Made by a program: the position numbers and the translations under genes. From Longimicrobiales bacterium (GTDB lineage Bacteria; Gemmatimonadota; Gemmatimonadetes; Longimicrobiales; Gaopeijiaceae): a stretch of DNA of 64,000 bases. Location: contig CBDFMQ010000002.1 of NCBI GenBank assembly GCA_965249725.1, positions 224,001-288,000 of the forward strand. Reading direction: 5' to 3'. Each line of letters opens with the position of its first letter. Position 1 is the first letter of the stretch. Of this stretch, positions 57,897 through 64,000 are shown one piece after another. The notes beneath the pieces were generated by a model that had not been told where the DNA came from, did not search any database, and was given only the letters and a program-made list of their open reading frames with translations.

Positions 57897-58804
57897 ATCC
57901 GGAAGATGAGTTCGAGGCCCCAGTAGCGCTCGTCCGTCAGGAAGAACTGGCCCATTGGCGAGGGCCCATCGTGAAAGACACCGCGCAGGTGGGCCGAGCG
58001 GTCGCCGTTCTGTGCCTTAAGGCCGAAGACCGCCGATAGCTGGCTGTTCCAGTCGGTCCGATCGGCGCTCTGCCAATCCAGCCCCCCGTCCAGGCCCACG
58101 TCGCCGCCCGACCATGGCAGCCACTCGAAGTCGGCGCCCAGCCGCACGAGTGCGTTATCCGAGAAATCCGGCCCCAGCTGAGCTTCGTTCTCCAGGCTGG
58201 AGCGCGTGACGAGGGCCCCGCCGCCATAAAGGCGCACGTGGCCGGTCCGATACGCGACCAATGCGTCCAGGGTCTCCGAAGTGAAATCCACGCGTTCGGC
58301 CCCGGCCTTCTCGATCATCTCGTCGCCGAGATGAGCGCTCCAGTGCGTGAGCCGCACGCGTGCCGACCAGAGCCCCCAACCGGCCTCGACCGGCACGGCA
58401 ACTACCCAATCGGAGGCGACCAGGTCACTGCTCGACACTTCCAGCCTGAAGCGGCCGAAGACGCCCGCTTGGACCCCGACGGTCAGCCCTCCGTCTTGCC
58501 ACTGGGCCGGACTCCAGAGACGGAACGCTCCACCCAGTGCGGCTTCGCCCTGAACTTCGGTGTCGAGGCCGCTCTCGCCGGGGAAGTCGAACGGGGCGCG
58601 CTCGGCCGGATTCGCGCGGCCCCGAAACACGGGAGTCCACAGCGCTCGTAGTGCGAACACGGGTTCCCGGAGCGATGCACGGGGCACGGCGAAGTATCCC
58701 CGATCGGGAAGCCAGGTGTCGACCGCATCAGCTTGAGCCGCGATTCCGGACGCATAGAGTCCCAGGGCGGGGAGGACTAGGGCTAGTTGGTGAAGGACTC
58801 GCAC
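57884..58804 (-). CDS. Outer-membrane protein, DUF1207-like
   Basis: Signal peptide; DL..SDW, H.SAHLGDE and G.S.MGQFF. Confidence 0.7.
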   Translation of the reverse strand: MRVLHQLALVLPALGLYASGIAAQADAVDTWLPDRGYFAVPRASLREPVFALRALWTPVFRGRANPAERAPFDFPGESGLDTEVQGEAALGGAFRLWSPAQWQDGGLTVGVQAGVFGRFRLEVSSSDLVASDWVVAVPVEAGWGLWSARVRLTHWSAHLGDEMIEKAGAERVDFTSETLDALVAYRTGHVRLYGGGALVTRSSLENEAQLGPDFSDNALVRLGADFEWLPWSGGDVGLDGGLDWQSADRTDWNSQLSAVFGLKAQNGDRSAHLRGVFHDGPSPMGQFFLTDERYWGLELIFRIGPE

Positions 58805-58965
58805 ACGCGCTCCGGCCTGGGAATAGGGACTCGAGGACCCACTGTATTTCTTGAGCCGCCTTTAGGGCCGCTCATTCTACCGAAGCGGGGCACCGCTCGA
58901 AAAGGGACCCGGAGGACCAAGGTGGTGGTACGACAGACTTCGCAATCGGGAAGAGACCGACAAGG

Positions 58966-59868
58966 ATGGATATGGATCGCGTAGAGATTCCCAATCAGGC
59001 GACTTACTCGCCGCTGGCCCTGACGGACGTGTTCATGCTCGCGCCGTTGGCCTCACGTGTGCTCTTGGGGGCGACGGTGCCTGGCCGCATTGTACAGGCG
59101 CTGGCGCTGGGAGCCTACGCGGGCAGTGCCCTGAGCGACTGGGTCTCCAGGCAGGACGCCCGACCCATCGACTTCGAAAAGACGTTCGGTGAGGATCTCT
59201 CGGCTCTAGAGCCGATGACGGACGAGGCGCGGCAGGCTGAAGTGGCCGCCTTGGTCGAGCAGCTCAACGACAACTACGAGCCCGTGACTCTTTCTCGCGA
59301 GAAGCTGGCCGTTCTGTGTGATCAAAGGCTGACCGATTACATCGCCTCGATCACCGGGCAACGCGTAGAAACCAGCGCAGAGGTGCGTAGCTTCGCGATC
59401 TCGAAGCTCATCTTTCCCTTTGCCCTCGGCGCTTGCGACATCCTTTCCGGCGACGTGACTATTTTTCGGGAGTGCGGAGTCTTCGAGGCTCACATCATTA
59501 CCCACGAGTTCTGCCATCGGAAGGGATACTACAAAGAGCTCCAGGCACAGGCCTTGGCCTATCTGGCTCTCAGCACGTCCGACGAGAACATTCTGGTTCA
59601 GTCGGCCCAGTGCGAGCGTGTTCATCGGAACATGCGCGTCCTCGCCGACGGAGACCTGGACCGCTATCACGAGATGGTAGACGAGTCCGGTCTTCGCGAA
59701 GAACTCGCCAAGGACTTCCACGAGATCCGCCCGAAGCCTAGTGCGTACGAGCAGGGCGTGTGGACCTTCATGAAGCCTCTCATGGAGGAACGGATGAAGA
59801 TGACCGGACAGAACGGTCTGGCCGACTACGACGCAGGCTTCACGGACTTCATCCACACCCAGGGCTGA
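58966..59868 (+). CDS. Putative zincin metalloprotein (DUF3810-like)
   Basis: THEFCHRKG...E..A motif. Confidence 0.55.
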   Translation: MDMDRVEIPNQATYSPLALTDVFMLAPLASRVLLGATVPGRIVQALALGAYAGSALSDWVSRQDARPIDFEKTFGEDLSALEPMTDEARQAEVAALVEQLNDNYEPVTLSREKLAVLCDQRLTDYIASITGQRVETSAEVRSFAISKLIFPFALGACDILSGDVTIFRECGVFEAHIITHEFCHRKGYYKELQAQALAYLALSTSDENILVQSAQCERVHRNMRVLADGDLDRYHEMVDESGLREELAKDFHEIRPKPSAYEQGVWTFMKPLMEERMKMTGQNGLADYDAGFTDFIHTQG

Positions 59869-59952
59869 CGGGCGGCCTCTTCCCACTTACATTGGCGGCC
59901 GTCCACTAGCAGGATGTCGTGCTCCGCATCCACCTGAAATCCCGATCGCACT

Positions 59953-61632
59953 ATGAGCGCAATTGTCCCCGCAGTCATTGGCCTCGTCCTCTTGGGTCTC
60001 GGATACCGGTTCTACTCGTCCTTCATTGCCGAGAAGATCTACCAGCTCGATCCGGACTTCGAGATGCCGTCCCACGCGATGCGGGACGACGTGGATTACC
60101 TACCCACCAACAAGGTCGTCCTCTGGGGGCATCACTTCACTTCGGTCGCGGGCGCAGCACCGATCATCGGGCCGGCCATCGCGGTCATCTGGGGATGGCT
60201 GCCGGCGTTCATCTGGGTGGTCGCCGGTACCATGTTCTTCGCGGGAGTGCACGACTTCGGAGCGATTTGGGCAAGCGTCCGTAATCGGGGGACGTCCCTC
60301 GGGGCGTTGACGGGCGAGGTGGTCGGACCGCGTGCGCGAACGCTGTTCATGATCGTGATCTTCCTTCTGTTGCTGATGGTCAACGCCGTGTTCGCCGTGG
60401 CCATTTCCAACGCCTTCGTGGCGACACCCAGCAGCGTCATTCCGGTGTGGAGCGCGATTGCGGTCGCCGTCGTGATCGGGATGCTGATCTATAGGCTCAA
60501 GAAGCCCATCCTGTGGCCCACGATCATCGGTACCGTGGTTCTCTATTCGGTCATCTGGGTCGGAGATGCGTTCCCGATCTCGTTGCCGGACACGCTCTTC
60601 GGGCTGGCCGCCGGTCCTCAGTGGATCGTGATTCTGTTCGTCTATGCGACCATCGCGTCGCTGCTTCCCGTTTGGCTCCTACTCCAGCCGCGCGACTACA
60701 TCAATGGCATCCAACTCTTCGTCGGGCTGGGTCTGTTGTTTGCGGCCGTGTTCATCGCCAACCCCACCATCGTGGCTCCGGCGTTCAATCAGAACGTACC
60801 GGACGGGACACCGCCCTTGGTCCCGCTCCTGTTCGTGACCATCGCCTGTGGCGCCATTTCGGGCTTCCACGGACTCGTGGCGTCGGGGACGACGTCCAAA
60901 CAGCTCGACAAGGAGCCCGACGCGCGCTTCGTCGGTTACGGTGGTTCGTTGGGAGAGGGTCTCCTCGCGCTCTGCGCGATTATCGCGGTCAGTGCCGGCT
61001 TTGCCACACGAGGTGAGTGGGAGGCGGCCTTCTCCGGCTTCGGCACGACGGGTATCGATACGTTCGTGGCCGGCGGCTCGGTCATCGTCACGGCCGGCAC
61101 GGGGCTGCCGATCGGCTTCACCGCCACACTCCTAGCCGTGATGGCGATACTCTTCGCCGGGACGACCATGGACACGGGGGTCCGGCTACAGCGTTATATC
61201 GTTCAGGAGTGGGGGACGATCTATAACCTTCCGCTCCTTCAGAATGGCTACGTCGCCACCTTCATCGCCGTTGCTTCGTGTCTCGCGTTGGCGTTCGGGG
61301 CCGGCGGTGCGGACGGCCAGGGAGGTATGCTCATCTGGCCGTTGTTCGGGACGACCAACCAGCTCTTGGCCGGTCTCACCCTGCTCGTGATCAGCGTAAT
61401 GCTCGTCAAGCGGGGTCGGCGCTACTCCTTCACGCTCGTCCCTATGGTCTTCGTCACCACGATGGCGTTCCTGGCGGCGCTGTATCAGCTCTGGAACCTG
61501 TTTACGACCGGTCAGTATTTCCTCGCTGCACTGGACATTCTGATCGTCGTCGCGGCGGTCATGGTCATTCTGGAGTCGACCTCGGCGTTCCTGAGGGAAC
61601 GGAGGCAGGCTGCCAGGGCCGCTGCGGTCTAA
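59953..61632 (+). CDS. cstA: Carbon starvation CstA family transporter
   Basis: GHHFTSVAGAAPIIGP, GVHD, LLQPRDY, TIACGAISGFH, TTMDT..RL and WPLFG..NQLLA. Confidence 0.95.
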   Translation: MSAIVPAVIGLVLLGLGYRFYSSFIAEKIYQLDPDFEMPSHAMRDDVDYLPTNKVVLWGHHFTSVAGAAPIIGPAIAVIWGWLPAFIWVVAGTMFFAGVHDFGAIWASVRNRGTSLGALTGEVVGPRARTLFMIVIFLLLLMVNAVFAVAISNAFVATPSSVIPVWSAIAVAVVIGMLIYRLKKPILWPTIIGTVVLYSVIWVGDAFPISLPDTLFGLAAGPQWIVILFVYATIASLLPVWLLLQPRDYINGIQLFVGLGLLFAAVFIANPTIVAPAFNQNVPDGTPPLVPLLFVTIACGAISGFHGLVASGTTSKQLDKEPDARFVGYGGSLGEGLLALCAIIAVSAGFATRGEWEAAFSGFGTTGIDTFVAGGSVIVTAGTGLPIGFTATLLAVMAILFAGTTMDTGVRLQRYIVQEWGTIYNLPLLQNGYVATFIAVASCLALAFGAGGADGQGGMLIWPLFGTTNQLLAGLTLLVISVMLVKRGRRYSFTLVPMVFVTTMAFLAALYQLWNLFTTGQYFLAALDILIVVAAVMVILESTSAFLRERRQAARAAAV

Positions 61633-61642
61633 GGCCCGCGCG

Positions 61643-61722
61643 CCGGGCCCACGCTCCGGGCCCACGTTCCGGGCCCACGTTCCGGGTCCACGTTCCGGGC
61701 CCACGTTCCGGGCCCACGTTCC
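61643..61722. repeat. Intergenic tandem repeat, 6 x 13 bp
   Basis: Unit CCGGGCCCACGTT; copies 1 and 4 each carry one substitution. Confidence 0.95.
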
Positions 61723-61733
61723 CAAGGGGACCC

Positions 61734-62006
61734 ATGAAGCTGGCCGACATCAAAGAGAAGTTCGAGCGCATCAAGTACCTCGCCTCGGAGTTCTACAATG
61801 CGCCCTATCGAGGTACGATCGCCCGGGCCAAGCGGGACGAAGACGACCTCTTCATGCTGTTGGTGTTTTCCGAATTGATGGGCGTCCCCAATCCCGCGAG
61901 CTACTACACGCTCGAGCTTCAGCCCATCATGCTCGAGAGGTTCCACGAGTGGCACGTCCGTATGGGCATGGAGCACTCCCCCCTCGACGACTTCCGTTGC
62001 TGTTGA
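61734..62006 (+). CDS. Small CstA-associated protein ending in Cys-Cys (cory-CC-star-like)
   Basis: 90 aa, EDDLFMLLVFSE.MG.PNP..YYTLEL...WH.RMG...RCC*; RBS plus ATG at 61734. Confidence 0.8.
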   Translation: MKLADIKEKFERIKYLASEFYNAPYRGTIARAKRDEDDLFMLLVFSELMGVPNPASYYTLELQPIMLERFHEWHVRMGMEHSPLDDFRCC

Positions 62007-62031
62007 CCACTCTCCCGAGCCCGGCCCTGCC

Positions 62032-63072
62032 GTGAGGGAGTTCCTCGATCGACGCATCCTCTTCGTGGGTGGAAAGGGGGGTGTCGGAAAGACCACGACC
62101 GCAAGCGCCCTCGCGCTCATGGCGGCCGAATCCGGTCGCCATGTCCTGATCGTCTCGATGGATCCCGCCCACTCCCTCGGCGACATCTTCGGAGTCGACA
62201 TCGGCAACCGTGAGGTCCCGCTGGCCGAGGGTTTGTGGGGTCTCGAGATCGACCCGGACGCCGAGGCGGAGCATCACATTCGGACGGTGAAGGCGAGCAT
62301 GAAGAGCCTCGTCGCTCCCAAGATGTACCGCGAAGTCGACCGACAGCTCGACCTGGCCCAGGATGCCCCCGGCACCGTCGAAGCCGCGGTCCTGGAGCGA
62401 ATGTCTGAGCTCATGTCGGATGCCATGGGCCGCTTCGACCTGGTCGTCTTCGATACCGCGCCGACCGGCCACACCATCCGGCTTCTGTCGTTACCCGAGG
62501 TGATGGCCGCTTGGAGCGACGGGATGCTGAAGCATCAGGATCGATCTCAGAAGCTCGGCCAGGTCCTCAAGGTCTTCAGCCGACACCAAACGAAAGAGGA
62601 CGAGTTCGGCATGATCGGCGGCGGGGAGAAGGACGATGAAGATCCGCGGACGACCCGGATCAACGCGATCCTCCTCGCACGACGGCGGAAGTTTCACCGT
62701 GCCCGCGAACTTCTGACCGATGAGGACACGACGGCGTTCGTGCTCGTCATCAATCCCGAGCGGCTGCCGATTCTCGAGAGCAAGAAGGCCTTGAAGGTGC
62801 TGAACAAGTTCAACGTCCCGGTGGCGGCCATGGTCGTCAACAGGCTCCTGCCGGATGACGCGGACAGTGAATTCTTGCGTGAACGACGGCTCCAGGAGCA
62901 GGAGTACCGGGACGAGATCGACCGGGAGTTCGCAGGTCTCCGTCGTGTGGATGTGCCCCTGTTGGCGCATGATGTGTACGGCATCGAGACGTTGCGCGAG
63001 ATAGGGCGTATCCTGGTGCCCGAGGCCGGTGACGCAGGCGACCCGGGCGGACAAGGCCCGACGTCACCATGA
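62032..63072 (+). CDS. ArsA/Get3-family single-domain ATPase
   Basis: GKGGVGKTT, DPAHSL, DTAPTGH, PE and VVNR. No cysteines. Confidence 0.9.
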   Translation: MREFLDRRILFVGGKGGVGKTTTASALALMAAESGRHVLIVSMDPAHSLGDIFGVDIGNREVPLAEGLWGLEIDPDAEAEHHIRTVKASMKSLVAPKMYREVDRQLDLAQDAPGTVEAAVLERMSELMSDAMGRFDLVVFDTAPTGHTIRLLSLPEVMAAWSDGMLKHQDRSQKLGQVLKVFSRHQTKEDEFGMIGGGEKDDEDPRTTRINAILLARRRKFHRARELLTDEDTTAFVLVINPERLPILESKKALKVLNKFNVPVAAMVVNRLLPDDADSEFLRERRLQEQEYRDEIDREFAGLRRVDVPLLAHDVYGIETLREIGRILVPEAGDAGDPGGQGPTSP

Positions 63073-63677
63073 GATTCCTCCGGCGCGCCGCCGCGATGGT
63101 CGATCGGCTCAACGATCGCATCGGCGCCGCCATCCAGTGGCTCGCCCTTCTCATGGTGCTGGTTGGCGCGTTCAACGCGTTGGCGCGGTATACGACCCGA
63201 TATACGGGCCTGGCGCTCAGCTCGAACGCCTACCTCGATCTGCAGTGGTACTTCTTCACCCTGATCTTCCTGCTCGGCGCCGGATACGGACTGAACCACG
63301 ACTATCACGTCCGAGTCGACGTGGTCTACGAGAAGTTGGGCAAGAAGGCCAAGGCCTGGGTGAACCTCATCGGGACCGTGCTGTTCCTCATCCCTTTTTC
63401 GGGGGTCATGCTCTGGGTTTCCTGGCGCCCGGTCTGGAACAGCTGGGCTATTCGTGAGGCCTCACCAGACCCCGGAGGACTGCCGCGCTACCCCATCAAG
63501 GCCGTCATTCTCGTGGCCTTCCTACTCTTGCTACTCCAGGGCTTCAGTCATGTCCTGAAGCAGGTCGACATTCTCCGGGGATCGGGTCCGGGCGGAGCAC
63601 CCGACGAGCCGACCGGTGCGACCGACAAAGCGGACGAGACCGGCGGGCCCGATGAGTCGTCCGGAGGTGGCGCGTAG
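63069..63677 (+). CDS. TRAP transporter small permease (DctQ)
   Basis: 4 TM; LQWY, HVRVD and S.DPGGLP. Confidence 0.9.
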   Translation: MRFLRRAAAMVDRLNDRIGAAIQWLALLMVLVGAFNALARYTTRYTGLALSSNAYLDLQWYFFTLIFLLGAGYGLNHDYHVRVDVVYEKLGKKAKAWVNLIGTVLFLIPFSGVMLWVSWRPVWNSWAIREASPDPGGLPRYPIKAVILVAFLLLLLQGFSHVLKQVDILRGSGPGGAPDEPTGATDKADETGGPDESSGGGA

Positions 63678-64000
63678 TGGGAGACCTCTGGGGTCCGATC
63701 ATGTTTCTCGGGGTGTTGGTCCTCATCTTCACGGGGTATCCCGTTGCCTTCGCCCTGGCCGGTACGGCACTGCTCTTTTCAGTGCTCGAGGCGGTGGTTG
63801 GGGACTTCGACCTGATCCTCTTCCGGGCTCTTCCGGACCGGACCTTCGGGGTGATGTCGAACTACACGCTGCTCGCCATCCCCTTCTTCATCTTCATGGG
63901 GACCGTGCTGGAGAAATCACGCCTCGTCGAGGATCTGCTCGAGACGATCGGCATCCTGTTCGGTCGTTTCCGAGGAGGCTTGGCGCTGGGTGTGATCGGG
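63677..64000 (+). CDS. TRAP transporter large permease (DctM), 3'-truncated by window edge
   Basis: GTG 63677 reads MGDLWGPIMF...GYPVAFALAG...LLAIPFFIFMG.VLEKS; not shown in the ORF track. Confidence 0.88.
   Translation, partial: MGDLWGPIMFLGVLVLIFTGYPVAFALAGTALLFSVLEAVVGDFDLILFRALPDRTFGVMSNYTLLAIPFFIFMGTVLEKSRLVEDLLETIGILFGRFRGGLALGVIG

Noticed and set aside
61643..61722. CRISPR array
   Set aside because: Contiguous 13-bp units with no spacers, and no cas genes in the window.
62004..62031. UGA after Cys-Cys in the small CstA-associated protein as a second selenocysteine
   Set aside because: No convincing SECIS-like hairpin; read-through would run out of frame into the ATPase gene; CC-stop is a plausible natural end.
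52635..63072. Arsenic resistance system from the ArsB-like transporter plus the ArsA-like ATPase
   Set aside because: The genes are about 8 kb apart in different operons, there is no arsR/arsC/arsD, and the ATPase lacks Cys ligands.
1..64000. Prophage, IS element, integron or anti-phage defence island
   Set aside because: No integrase, transposase, phage structural, nuclease or toxin-antitoxin motifs were recognised, and no obvious compositional break was seen by eye.

Overview
GC-rich bacterial chromosomal segment, densely coding. The gene content (an orphan duplicated ABC permease, a TonB-dependent receptor with an N-terminal carboxypeptidase-like domain, many exported peptidases) resembles Gemmatimonadota/Acidobacteriota; this is inference only. 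No rRNA, tRNA, CRISPR array, integrase or transposase was recognised. The window is dominated by amino-acid, amine and peptide scavenging genes. Highlights: (1) a hidden iodothyronine-deiodinase-like selenoprotein with an in-frame UGA in FGSYT-U-PPF and a SECIS hairpin, split into two ORFs by the ORF track; (2) an exported D-amino-acid module containing a circularly permuted, Tat-exported D-amino-acid oxidase, a divergent Tat-exported racemase, a DmpA peptidase, a cyclase and M24 peptidases; (3) a gamma-glutamylation pathway for ethanolamine or a similar amine; (4) three paralogous His-rich LVIVD-type propellers plus a choice-of-anchor-B relative; (5) an ECF sigma/anti-sigma/TonB-receptor locus with two homopolymer frameshifts; (6) a consensus sigma-54 promoter with twin palindromic upstream sites in front of an HtrA protease; (7) an orphan pseudopilin/HD-GYP/lipoprotein trio; (8) a CstA/small CC-terminated protein/Cys-less ArsA-Get3 ATPase/TRAP operon with a 13-bp tandem repeat. 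Two decayed gene remnants were also found. All product calls come from motif recognition by eye, not database searches.
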